Of a DNA stretch of 64,000 bases, positions 22,040-33,885 are shown piece by piece. The DNA is from Hemiscyllium ocellatum. Its lineage: Eukaryota. The translations under genes were made by a program, and so were the position numbers. Within the stretch, counting starts at the first letter, position 1; the number at the start of each line of letters is the position of its first letter. The notes beneath the pieces were generated by a model that was given only the letters and a program-made list of their open reading frames with translations, did no database searches and was not told the origin of the DNA. The stretch is from positions 92,495,857-92,559,856 of the forward strand of contig NC_083407.1 in assembly GCF_020745735.1 (NCBI RefSeq). Reading direction: 5' to 3'.

Positions 22040-24459
22040 CCCTCTTGTTATGAAGGCCAGCATGCTATTAGCCTTCTTCACTACCTGCTGTACCTGCATG
22101 CTTACCTTCATTGACTGGTGTACAAGAACACCCAGCTCTCTCTGTACTGCCCCTTTACCGAAATTGATTCCATTGAGGTAGTAATCTGCCTTCCTGTTCT
22201 TGCCACCAAAGTGGATAGCCATACATTTATCCACATTAAACTGCATCTGCCAGGCATCTGACCACTCACCTAACTTGTCCAGGTCACCCTGTTGTCTCCT
22301 AATATCCTCATCACATTTCACCCTGCCACCCAGCTTAGTATCATCAGCAAATTTGCTAATATTATTACTAATACCATCTTCTATATCATATATTGTAAAA
22401 AGCTGCGGTCCCAGTACAGATCCCTGCGGTACCCACTGGTCACTGCCTGCCATTCCGAAATGGAGCTGTTTATCACTACTCTTTGTTTCCTATCAGCCAA
22501 CCAACTTTCACTCCAAGTTAGTACTTTGCCCCCAATACTATGCACCCTAATTTTTCTCACTAACCTCCTATGTGGGACTTTATCAAAAGCTTTCTGAAAG
22601 TCCAAGTACACTACATCTACTGGATCTCCCTCGTTCATCTTCAGAGTTACATCCTCAATAAATTCCAGAAGATTAGTCAAGCATGATTTCCCCTTCATAC
22701 ACCCATGCTGACTCTGACCTATTCTGTTACTACTATCCAGATGTGTCGTAATTTCATCCTTTATAATAGACTCCAGCATCTTTCCCACCACTGAGGTCAG
22801 ACTAACTGGTCTATAATTTCCTGCTTTCTCTCTCCCACCTTTCTTAAAAGGTGGTACAACATTAGCCACCCTCCAATCGGCTGGAACTGATCCCGAATCT
22901 ATCGAACTCTGGAAAATAATCACCAATGCATCCACGATTTCTCAAGCCACCTCCTTCAGTACCCTGGGATGTAGACCATCAGGCCCCAGGGACTTATCAA
23001 CCTTCAGGCCTAACAGTCTCTCCAACACCAATTCCTGGCAAATATAAATTCCCTTAAGTTCAGGTCCTTCAGCCATTGTTACCTCAGGGAGATTGCTTGT
23101 GTCTTCCCCAGTGAACACAGATCTGAAGTACCAATTCAATTCTTCTGCCATTTCTTTGTTCCCTGTAACATATTCCCCTGTTTCTGTCTTCAAGGGCCCA
23201 ATTTTAGTCTTAACCTTTTTTTTTTGCCTTTCACATATCTAAAAAAACTTTTACTATCCTCCTTTATATTATTGTCCAGTTTACCTTTGTACCTCATTTT
23301 TTCTCTGCGTATGTCCTTCTTAGTAATCCTTTGTTGTTCTTTAAAAGCTTCCCAGTCCTCCGTTTTCCCACTTACCTTTGCTATGTTATACTTTTTCTCT
23401 TTTAACTTTATATGTTTCTTAACTTCCCTCATCAGCCACGGCCACCCATGCCTCCTCCTAGGATCTTTCTTCCTTTTTGGAATAAACTGATCCTGCAACT
23501 TCTACATTATACACAGAAATATCTGCCATTGTTCCTCCACTGTCATCCCTTCTAAGGTATTGCACAATTGAACTTTGGCCAGCTCCTCCCTCATAGCTCC
23601 ATAGTTCCCGTTATTCAATAAAAATATTGTCACTTCCGATTGTACCCTCCCCCTCTCAAATTGCAGATTGAAGCTTATTGTATTATAGTCACTACTTCCC
23701 AATGGCTCATTCACTTCGAGGTCCCTGACCAATTCTGGTTCATTGCACAATACCAGATCCAGAATTGCCTTCTCCCTGGTCGGCTCCAGCACCAGCCGTT
23801 CTAAGGCTTTCTGAGGCACTCCACAAAGTCTCTTTCTTGAAGTCCAATACCATCCTGATTCTTCCAGTCTACCTGCATGTTGAAATTCCCCATAACAACT
23901 GTAGTAACATCTTTGCGACAGGCCAATTTCAGCTCCTGATTTAACTTACATCCGACATCCAGACTACTGTTTGGAGGCCTGTAGATAACTCCCAAGAGGG
24001 TCTTTTTACCCTTAGTATTTCTCAGCTCTATCCACACTGACTCTACATCCCCTAATTCTAGGTCCCCCCGTGCAAGGGGCTGAATATCATCCCTTACCAA
24101 CATGGCCACCCCACCCCCTCTGCCCATCAGTCTGTCCTTACGAAAGCACGTGTAACCTTGAATATTCATTTCCCAGGCCCTGTCCACTTAAAGCCTCATC
24201 TCAGTTATCCACACAATATCGTATCTGCCAATTCACAAAAGAGCCTCAAGCTCATCCATTTTATTTCTAATTAGTATGGAGGTGCAGCAATTCCACACCA
24301 GGCATTAGATTTTGATTGCTCAGGGTATTGCATGGGGATGTAGCAGAGTCTAACTGTCTCTATGACCCTTTTTTTTTAAAAAGGAGATATAATGTATGTA
24401 TAAATTATTTTATAAACATACTTCAAGACTGAGCTTCCCCAGCCCACATGGTAATAAAG

Positions 24460-25330
24460 CCTGAGATAAGAAGATCAAAATGAGAAACAATACTTTAGGT
24501 CTGATCTAACTGAGCTGCAATTAAAGGAAGATTTCACTCCTCAGTTACTCTAGTCCTATTGCAATAAAGGCTACCAATCCATTAGTATTCCTAATAACTT
24601 GCTGCACCTGAATGTTAGTCTTCAGCAATGCTTTCACAAGGACAACTTATTACATCCACACTTACTGTTTAAGAAACACTGTGCACATTTGTTCACCCTG
24701 CCAATATGGATAACCTCACATTTTTTCACATTGTACGCTCTTCCATCCGTCATGTTTTTGCCCATGCACGAGGCTTGTCCAAACCCTCGAGAAAACGTGT
24801 TGCATCTTCCTCACAACAGGCATTTTCCACTTAGCTTTGAACCAACCACAAATTGGGAAAAAATGTATGCAGTCCCCAAATCCAAATCATTCATAAGTAT
24901 TGTAAACTGTTAGGGCCCAAGCATTCTTACAGTGCTTAACTGGACACCACCTACCAACGGGAGAATGACCCATTAGTTCCTACTCCTTGTTTTCTGACTG
25001 TTAGCCCATTAATAGTCCATGTCAACATGTTGCCACTTATCTCTTGTATTTTACTTTTGCTCCCAAACCTTCTGTGGTGGCACCTTATCAAGAGATTCCT
25101 TTTTGACCAGAGTTCGGAGAACTTCCTCCTTCCAGAAAGTTTGTAGAGCTTTGGAATTCTGCCTCAGAAGATGGGGGAATTCATTAGTTGGTAGAATCAT
25201 TAAATAGTTTTAAAGCAAAGAGATCAAAGGTTATTGAGGATTGATAACATTGTGTAATTCAAAATGCCTGTGATCTTATTGAATGGAGGAACAGGCTGTA
25301 CATTCTACTTTCTGCTCCCTTTTGGATCTT
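24460..25330. mobile_element. Decayed CR1 fragments (minus 24460-25090, plus 25100-25330)
   Basis: tcttattgcaataaaggctacca..., ggcaccttatcaa; then tggaattct...gatcttattgaatggagga. Confidence 0.6.
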
Positions 25331-25379
25331 CATGATGATTGAATTTTAAGACATTCTTAAAAACATTGTTACAAGAATG

Positions 25380-25637
25380 AGGTGGCACAGTGATAGGGGC
25401 CTGTGTCCAACTTTACCCTCATGCAACTGTCTGTGTGGAGTTTGCATGTTCTGTCCGATCTGTGTGGGACTCCTCTGGGTGCACTGGCTTCTTCCCACAG
25501 TTCAAAGGTGGATTAGCCATGGGAAATGCAGGGTTAGAGGGATAGGATTGGAAGTGAGTCTGGATGGATGTTCTTTGAAGGGTCAGTGTGGACTCAATGG
25601 CTGAATGGCCTGATTTCACACTGTAGGGATTCCATGA
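25380..25637 (+). mobile_element. Decayed HE1/V-SINE
   Basis: gactgtctgtgtggagtttgcatgttct...cactgtagggattc, as at 5791. Confidence 0.8.
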
Positions 25638-25726
25638 AAGGGTTACAGGGAATTCCTTTTAAGTGTAAAAGAAAGTGAACATATGTATCGACTGAATAAT
25701 GGAGAAACATAATCTTGTAAAAGAAC

Positions 25727-26212
25727 TAAAAATCACACAACACCAAGTTATAATCCAACAGGTTTATTTGGAAGTATTGGCTTTCGGAGCACTGGCACTT
25801 CATCAGGTAGCTGTGGAGCAGGATCATAAGTGACGTAAGGAGAAAGTGAGGACTGCGGATGTTGTAGATCAGAATCGGGAATGTGGTGCTGGAAAAGCAT
25901 AGAAGGTCAGGCAGCATCCAAAGAGCAGGAGCATCGATGTTTAAGCTGAAAGATTTATGCCCAAAACATTGATTCTCCTGCTCGTTGGATGCTGCCTGAC
26001 CTACTGTGCTTTTCCAGCACCACACTCTCGACACAAGTCACTTAAGATCACTTTTGCTATAAATTCTGTGTCTTATGATCCTGCTTCACAGCTACCTGAT
26101 GAAGGAACAATGCTCTGAAAGTTAGTACTTCCAAATAAATCGATTGGACTATAACCTGGTGGTGTGTGACTTTTAACTTTGTCCAGCCCAGTCCAACACC
26201 AGCATCTCCACA
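25727..26212. mobile_element. PLE-end palindromic insertion, family B, with hammerhead motifs in both arms
   Basis: aaaaatcacacaacacca...cttcatcaggtagc mirrored by gctacctgatgaagg...ggtggtgtgtgacttttaa, plus tail. Confidence 0.88.
25840..26032. mobile_element. PLE-end palindromic insertion, family A, nested in the loop of the family B element
   Basis: gagaaagtgaggactgc...cacactctcgac. Approximate TSD aagt(g/c)ac(g/t)taag at 25828-25839 and 26035-26046. Confidence 0.85.
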
Positions 26213-28018
26213 CCTTGTAAAAGAGCATTCAGCTCTCAGGAACAGACTGGTCACGTGTAACCGAAGTCATGAAACCTTTTGAGGAAATTATTGGCATAGG
26301 TCAATTGAAACTCAGACTTTGAAAAGATTTTGATCAGCAAACTTGAGGAACAGTGCTTTGGAAGTATGGCAATCGAATATATTTCATTCATTCATTATCA
26401 GTCAAGTCTGCCATTAATGCTCAGCACCGTTTCACTTCTATAGAAGCCTATACATCTAATTTCATAAATGAGTAGATGCTAAGATTGTTACGTATTGAAA
26501 AGTTGGCACTAGTACCATTTTATTAGGGAACAGAAAGTTTCTAACTTCAAACCTGTGTTTAGGTTACATTGCTAAATATGCCCATAACAAAAAATTATCA
26601 AAAATACAGCCAATAAGTGATCCATTCAGTTTTCCAAGCCACCAACTCAAGCCATATTATTGAAGACATTACAAGGAAGCATTTTTAAAATTGTGTTGTC
26701 TTACTGTAAACACATTACATTTTGCTGATGATGCCAGTTATCACATAGCTTTTAAAGCTTCACAGATGACCCATGTTGTTTCTAACAGCCTTTCAATGCT
26801 AAAGGCTAACATGAGATAGTTTGAAGTGCTAAAGATCAACAGTGGCTCCAGATAAATGATGAGAAATGTTTCCTTGACAGTTGGGGAATAAATAACCAGA
26901 GAATGCAGCTTTAAATGCAATGGGAACAACACATTTTATCCAACGTGTGGTTAGGAATTGGATGCACTGCCTCACCACAAGCTCGTTGAACACTAGAAGT
27001 AGATTCAATGGATGCTTCCAAAAGGAAAGGCATAAATATGTAAAATAAAAAAAAAAGTGGTTGAGGGAAAAGGAGGCTTATTTATAAGCAATCTGAAAGA
27101 TTTAGGCTCAAGGAACTCAATTGTTCTCTTCAAGTTTTTACCATTCGGTTATTCAATTGCCCTCCTCTCAGCTCCCACTTCCCCCAGTGTACCTTCAAGA
27201 ACAGATATTCAGTGGCAGGGAACATCTATACTGAAGAGTTGGCTGATGACATTTTCAGTGAGGAGACCACGGACCAAGGCAGAGGAGTCTCTGATTCAAA
27301 CAACCGACCTGACTGTCACTTTGCTGAAGGTGTGGGATAGACACCAAAGTGGTTTGGGTGGCACAGGTACACACTAGCCAGACTCGCACAGCGGGGAGTT
27401 CCTGGCTGCAGAAGACCTTATGGATGAAGAACTCACAGACTTTCACAGGCGAAAAGGAGCCATAGCATCCAAACCAGCCTGAGGGGGCAGTTGGAGGGTT
27501 TCAAGATCGAAGGGCTAAGGCTGAGCACTTAAACGTTTCTCCTGAACAGTGGTATATTCAGCTCCCTCTGCTCCAACAGCAATCCTCATTATTGCAACAC
27601 CAACTGTCTGCTAACTGCCCAGATCATATGAACTCTCAGTGTGTACTATCTTGTCAACAGGTCCTCGGATCCACACTTACATCACTCCATCAGCTGTAGG
27701 CAGCCCTGGAATATAATATGTACCTGACTGTGACCATGGTTGCATTGAGACAGCCAGGAATAAACAATGACATTTAATAAAGGCACTCTAAAATAATGGG
27801 CATAATGGCGAGTTTCTTTTTGGCTAAGTACGAGTTGTGTGGGGTTTTTTACAGGGTTCTTGCGGTGAGTTTTCTTGCCCTATCTTACCAAACCTGCCTC
27901 AGTAATCACCTACCATGGCTCTCTCACATTCCATTTCCACCCCAATCTTGCCACGTGCTGTTTCCAGAACAATTCGCAACTCTGAGGATTTCTGCAGATG
28001 GACCGGCAGCTCTTGAAC

Positions 28019-29279
28019 CACAGAATTCCACTGTATTCTCTGTTCAGGGAAGAAGCTGTGACTCCTTCTGAACAGCCTATCAGTGACTGTTACAGTGGTG
28101 TCAAGTCTCTTCTGTGATATTGCTGTTTGCTAAATAAATCCTTGTCAGTTCTCAGTCTGAGCTTGTGTCTGTGATCTCTAATTAATTGGGCTAAATTCTC
28201 CAACGCTACACAATCCAGGACATGGGCACAGAATGTCAGAACCACAGGTTACACATTGGCATTCCAAAACAACCCGACCTGTGGGAGAAAAATACAAGTC
28301 CCGGCCTTCCTATGACAAGGCCGCAAAACAGACAACACAAAATGTCTGCACTTAGCCACCGAGCCTACTCACAATGCCTCAAATTGGCCAAACCAGCTGC
28401 CCCAGACATTACACAATGCTCAGGACATGACTCATCCAGCCCCAGACCAAGAGAATATACTCCTTCAGATTAACTGATAATGAGCCTCCCATGCCACAAT
28501 AGCCCAGCACCTCTGATGTCCCTAGGGCACAGCTGCTCCAACTAGGAGTCAAGCCTTCACAAAGGGTACCCAGACAAGGAGGCACCAAAAGTACATCACT
28601 TGCCCCCTCAACAATATGAACATATTGATACCAGGATAAAATCTATTAACGCCTACTCCAACCAAGGATTGGAATCTCCTGAGGCAAGAGTGAGGACTGC
28701 AGATGCTGGAAACCAGAGTTTAGATCAGAGTGATGCTGGAAAAGTACAGCAGGTCAGGCAACATCTGAGGAGCAGGAAAATCAATGTTTCGGGCAAAAGC
28801 CCTTCATCAGGGATAGAGTCTGATGAAGGGCTTTTGCCCAAAACATCGATTTTCCTGCTCCTCGGATGCTGCCTGACCTGTTGTGCTTTTCCAGCACCAC
28901 TCTGATCTAACTTTGGAATCTCATGAGTCAATTAAGAAACTCATTATCAGCCACTGGACAGTTGATTCTTTTTAATGAATGAAGTTTATTTCTCTTTGTT
29001 GTATAACTAACACTGTTGTCTCATAAATCACAATTTATCGTTGTAAGACCATAAAACTCCACTGTATTCTCTGTTCAGAGAAGAAGCTGTGGCTCCTTCT
29101 GAACACCCTATCAGTGACTGTTTCAGTGGTGTCAAATCTCTTCTGTGATATTATTGTTTGCTAAACAAATCCTTGTCAGTTCTCAGTCTGAGCTGTGTGT
29201 TTGTGATTTCTGATTAATTGGGCTAAATTCTCCAACTCTACCCAATCCAGAACATGGGCACAGAATGTCAGAAAACACG
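28019..29279 (+). repeat. Pair of ~230-bp direct repeats (28019-28248 and 29049-29279), LTR-like or tandem duplication
   Basis: tccactgtattctctgttcag...ccttgtcagttctcagtctgagc...acatgggcacagaatgtcagaa occurs twice with scattered substitutions. Confidence 0.85.
28684..28912. mobile_element. PLE-end palindromic insertion, family A, divergent (outward-pointing) hammerhead motifs
   Basis: gggcaaaagcccttcatcag-ggatagagt-ctgatgaagggcttttgccc centre. 15-bp TSD ttggaatctc(c/a)tgag at 28669-28683 and 28913-28927. Confidence 0.9.
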
Positions 29280-29282
29280 TAG

Positions 29283-29500
29283 TTGCCACCACCATCCACC
29301 AACAGGGGGCATGAGATCCAGGTTGATGGACTGGTGCAACACAGAGGTGTTCTCTTCCCGGAGGACCACCTGAAGGCCCCACACCAAGAAACACTGCCAG
29401 CTTGGTCTGTGGTTGCTCTCTGGGTCAGTGCCATCTTCAGATGTGTAGGAAAAGCCAACAAAATGCAGAAAAGAAAGTCAATGACTTCTCTCCCCTGCCA
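29283..29500 (+). mobile_element. Degenerate Myb/SANT-like ORF remnant, probably from a PIF/Harbinger transposon
   Basis: VDGLVQHRGVLFPEDH...PAWSVVALWVSA...QKRK resembles the MSANTD/Harbinger Myb pattern (LLxxVxxRRxxLFP...W..VA..V...R...QCRKK). Confidence 0.5.
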
Positions 29501-30789
29501 GGGTAAGGGTCACACTCTTTTCTCTGGCACCTCACATTCACTCTATCAGTGCCACTGCACACATCTCCCGTCCCAAACCCAACATCTCAGCAGAGGGGCA
29601 GAATCCACATCCACCAATCGATACCCTCCTTGGTGTGCTGGTAGCTCCGTGGTCTCTTTCTCGTTGGCTCTAAGGATGGCTACATTTTTCACAATGCCAC
29701 CTATCCATGGGCACTCTGCTCCCACTTCTCCTGCAGAGAAAGATGGCAGAATTCAGAGTCGTCTGACCTCAGAGGCCATCCACTCAGTGCATATGCTGTA
29801 ACATCTGATGCCTAACTCCTGCAAGTTGGCATTGGTCTGCCTCACAGCAGCCAGGCACCCATATGTCATGCCAAGCAATGTCACCTGACAGTACAGCGCC
29901 ACTTTCCTCCAGCCTTTTGCTCTGACCCAACACTTGTTCACTCTGAGTCACTAAAACTATGTACTGCATGTGATTTTAGGGTTTCTCAGCTTCCTCCATC
30001 ACCTGTTCTAATAGAGGAAGTTGCTTCCTTTCATCCTGAGGATATTGACTCCTGTGGTCTGGAGGAGGGCATGCAGGGAATCATCATTGAACTGTGAGGC
30101 CAACCGGGCTTCACTCTCTGCTGTGACCACAGTTTGGTTGCCAAGGTCTTAAGCATTTTTGCAGTGGGGCACATATTTGATCCAATTGTGATAATGGCTG
30201 TCAAGGTGGCTTTCTTCACAGTGGAAGTGGACATCAGGTTAAGTTTAACTGTGTTTACTGTGGCAATCTACGGAATGTTCAAATCTTTTGTTGGATTTCA
30301 ACTCCTAACTCTCCCTTTTTTGCTACCACAAGTCTAAAGGCTGTTTCAGACTCGAAGCCGTAGCATCTATTAGTCCTTCCATTTCAGATAATGATGACCC
30401 TCTCACCTGATTACCAGATGCTATAGCCAGATCTTGGACCACCCCCACTGACTCCAACCATCCTGCCAACAAACCATCATTCACTGGCACTTACTGGGTA
30501 CTGTTTGGCCAGCCCAGGCTTCAATCACAGCAGGACCTGGGGGTCATCTCACGCATCTGTGTTTGCTGCTCCAATCCCACTGGGTACCTCCTGCAGTCGG
30601 AGGAATTTCACAGAATCATACATTTCAAACTAAATTAGTGACTACTTTCAGATAAATGCTGCACCAACATTTTACAGTCAAAACAGAGAAGAAACTAATC
30701 CAAAGCAGTAGAAGCTCCGTCCTTAGTCTCTCATGTGCTGTCATATGACTAGTAATTGTACACATTCAACATGGAATGAGAATAGTCAG

Positions 30790-33260
30790 AGACAAAAAAA
30801 AACTGCTGATGCTGAAATCCAAGCAGACAGGCAGGAGGCTGGAAGAACACAGCTAGCCAGGCAGCATCAGGAGGTGGAGAAGTCGACGTTTTGGTTGTAA
30901 CCCTTCTCCAGGACTGGGGGTGGGTGTGGGGGAGGGGGTAGCTGCAGATAAAGGAGGTGGCGGGGGCAGTGTGGTGAAGTGGGGGGGTAGGTGAAGACAG
31001 GTAGAGGGTACGACTTGGTTGGTCAATGGAAGGAATGAATCTGGTTGGTGGCAGGGAGTAATGGAAGGGAGAGGGAGGGGGACTGGGAAGAAAGGCAGGG
31101 GATTGGGAGGGAGGTAATTTGAAACTGGAGAACTCAGTGTTGAGTCCTCCAGGCTGTAGGGTGCCCAAGCTGAAGATAAAGTTTTGTTCCTCCAATAGGA
31201 GCTGTGGTTCATTTTGGCAATGGAGGAGGCCTAGGATGGTCATGTTGGAAAGGGAGTGGTTGAGGGAGCTGAAATGGGCAGTGACTGGGAGGTTCAGTTG
31301 GCCATTATTATGGGCCTGGCTGAGATGCTCAGTGAGCTGTTCCCTAAGTTTACGTTTGGTCTCCCTGATGTAGAGGAGACCACATCGGGAGCACCTGATG
31401 CAGAAAACTAGTTTGGAGAAGAGTCAGGTGAACCTCTGTCTCACCTGGAAGGACTGTTTGGGGCCCTGGATGGAGGTGAGGGGGGTGGTGTACTGGCAGG
31501 TTCTGCATCTTTTCTGGTTGCAGGGAAAGTACCTGGTGGTTTGGTGGTGGGGTTCACGTGAATCAAGGACTGTCAGAGGGAATGGTCCTTGCGGAAGGCA
31601 GAGAGGGGTAGGGAGGGGAAGATGTTTTTGGTGGTGGGGTCTATTTGGAGTTGGCAGAAGTGTTTGAGGATGATGTGTTGGATGCGGAGACTAGTGGGAT
31701 GGTAGGTGAGGACAAGGGGGTCTCTGTCTTTAATGCATAGAGTGTGGGGGGGGTGGGTTTGAGCGGTGGAACAGGTAATGGAGGTGATGTGACAGAGGGG
31801 CTGTCTGGATGATGGAGGGAGGAAAAGCACATTGTTCAAAATAGATGGACACCTGGGATGCTTTCTGGCCTGAGCAGATGCACCGGAAGCAGAGAAATCG
31901 GGAGAATGGGATGGAGGTTTTGCAGGATACTATGTGAGAGGAGGTGTAGTCCAGGTAGTTATGGGAGTCCGTGGGTTCGTAGTAGACGTCCATCTGGAGA
32001 CTGTCGCCAGAGATGGAGATGGTGAGGTCAAGAAAGGGGAGGGAGGTGGCCAATTGGACCAAGTGAATTTGAGGGTGGGGTGGAAGTTGTGGGCGAAGTT
32101 GATGAACTGCTCCAGTTCAGTCCGGGTGCAGGATGCTGCACCGATGTAGTAATCAATGTAACAGCAGGGAGTTGGGGTACAGTGCCTGTGTAGGCATGAG
32201 GAGGGATTGGTCAATATAGCTGACTAAGCTGCAGGCATAGCTGGGGCCCAACTGGTTATTGATGGCCACCCCGTTGACATGGAGGGGAGTTGAAGGAAAA
32301 GTTATTGATGGTGAGGACCAGTTCGGTGAGTGGAGGGTATTTGTGGAGGGGGATTGATTGGGTGTGCTGGGGAGGAAGAAGTGGAGGGCCTGAAGGCCAT
32401 CCTTATGTGGTATGAATGTGTATAAGGAGTGCAAAGCCATTGTGAAGAGAAGGCGCTGTGGGCCAGGAACTTGGAAGTTGCTGAAGAGATGGAGGGTGTG
32501 TTTGGTTTCGTGGATGTATGTGGGAAGAGCCTGAACTAAAAGGGAGAGGATGGAGTTGAAGTAAGACGAGAAGAGTTCGGTAGGGCAGAGGCATGCCGGG
32601 ACGATGGGTCAGCTGTGGTAATTGGGCTTGTGCTCTTTGGGGAGTGGGTAGAACCGGGCAGTGCGGGGCTGGAGGACTATGAGTTTAGAGGCAGTGGATG
32701 GGGAAATCACCTGAGGCAATGAGGGCACTGACGCTGCCTTGTATTTAGGCCTGATGGGTCACGATGGGGTCGTGAGCAAGGGGGAGATAGAACATGGCTT
32801 TGGAGAGTTTGCGTTCAGCCTCTGCGATATAGAGGTCCATCCTCCAGATGCCGCCACCCCACTTTTGTCAGCAGGTTTAATGGTGAAGCAGGGATTGTTG
32901 TGGAGCGAGTGGAGTGCTGCATGTTCGGACGGGGTGAGGTTGAAGTGCGTGAGGGAGATGGAGAAATTGAGGCAGCCTGCAATGAGGAAGTCTAGGGCAG
33001 GTATAAGGCCTTCAGGTGGTGACCAAATGGAGGGGGGAAGTTGGAGGTGAGAGAAGGAGTCATCTGAGGGAGGTTGGGAGTTTTTGTCAAAGAAGGCAGG
33101 GAGGTAGAGGCGGCAGAAGAGCTCCATGTCGTGGCATGGTGGCATTTGTTGAAATGGGGGCAGAAGCATATGAACCTGAGCCCTTTCCTGAAGACAGACT
33201 GTTTGACCTCAGACAGTTTGAGGTCGTTGGGATAGTATTTATGTGGCAAGGCTCGGGGTT
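30790..33260 (-). mobile_element. Penelope-like retroelement (RT + GIY-YIG), near full length, degenerate
   Basis: IKPADKSG, SLYTFIP, GVAI...GPSYA, YIDY (YIDD), FHPTLKFT, LPFLDL, VYYEPT..YLDYTSSH, LYIRET (GIY-YIG), FSLGTLQPGGLN. 3' end carries a hammerhead motif at 30881-30915. Confidence 0.93.
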
Positions 33261-33319
33261 GGGGGAATAGTCAGGGTCATTGGAAATGCATATCAATAAC
33301 AAGCATTCCCTTGTCCAAA

Positions 33320-33885
33320 GTTGAGTGATCAAGGAGACTTTACACAGATGACCCTGAGCTTCCAGTTGCCTGTCACTTCAATGCACCACTGTGTTCCCTG
33401 GTCAACATCTCTGCCTCAGACTTGCTGCAGTGTTCTAGAGAAGCTCAGTGCAAGCCGGAAGAATAACATCTCATTTTCCACTTGGGAACTCTGCAGCCTT
33501 CTGAATCTAATAACAATTTCAACAATTTTAGTGCCTGAGCACCTTTCCCCTACCCTGAAACACTTGGCCCTGTCATCATCTGAGGTACTACCAGAGACTA
33601 CCTGTTGGCAGCCATTAATAATACCTATTAGCAGCTATTCACTCCCCTAGACTAACCTTTATAATTCCTTTGTCCAATGCCTTTCTCTCTCTTTGGGCTC
33701 TATTTCCAGCTATTGTTTATTGTCCCCCCTCCCCCACCCATCTTTTGTATAAAAAACATCCTTATCCTTACTGTCATAAGTTCTGAGGGCGGATCACTGG
33801 GCCCAAAACGTTAACGCTGATTTCTCTCCACAGATGCTATCAGACCTGCTGAGATTTTCCAGCGAATTCTGTTTTTGTTTCAGAC
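33320..33885 (+). mobile_element. Penelope-like element 3' fragment (family C)
   Basis: GIY-YIG C-terminus EAQCKPEE.HLIFHLGTLQPS, pyrimidine-rich UTR, decayed hammerhead at 33780-33815, and cagatgct..gacctgctgag..ttccagc end. Confidence 0.8.

Larger units (their letters stand above)
21185..24270 (-). mobile_element. CR1 LINE, nearly complete ORF2 (APE endonuclease + RT), relatively young
   Basis: Collinear ORFs [54 protein letters not shown]. (ctattgt)n tail at 21185-21201. Confidence 0.96.

Noticed and set aside
28600-28931. Recurring small ORFs (SGAGKAQQVRQHPRSRK / LLLGCCLTCCAF / WCWKSTAG) that look like a peptide family
   Set aside because: They are translations of the palindromic PLE-end elements and appear on both strands wherever the repeat occurs.
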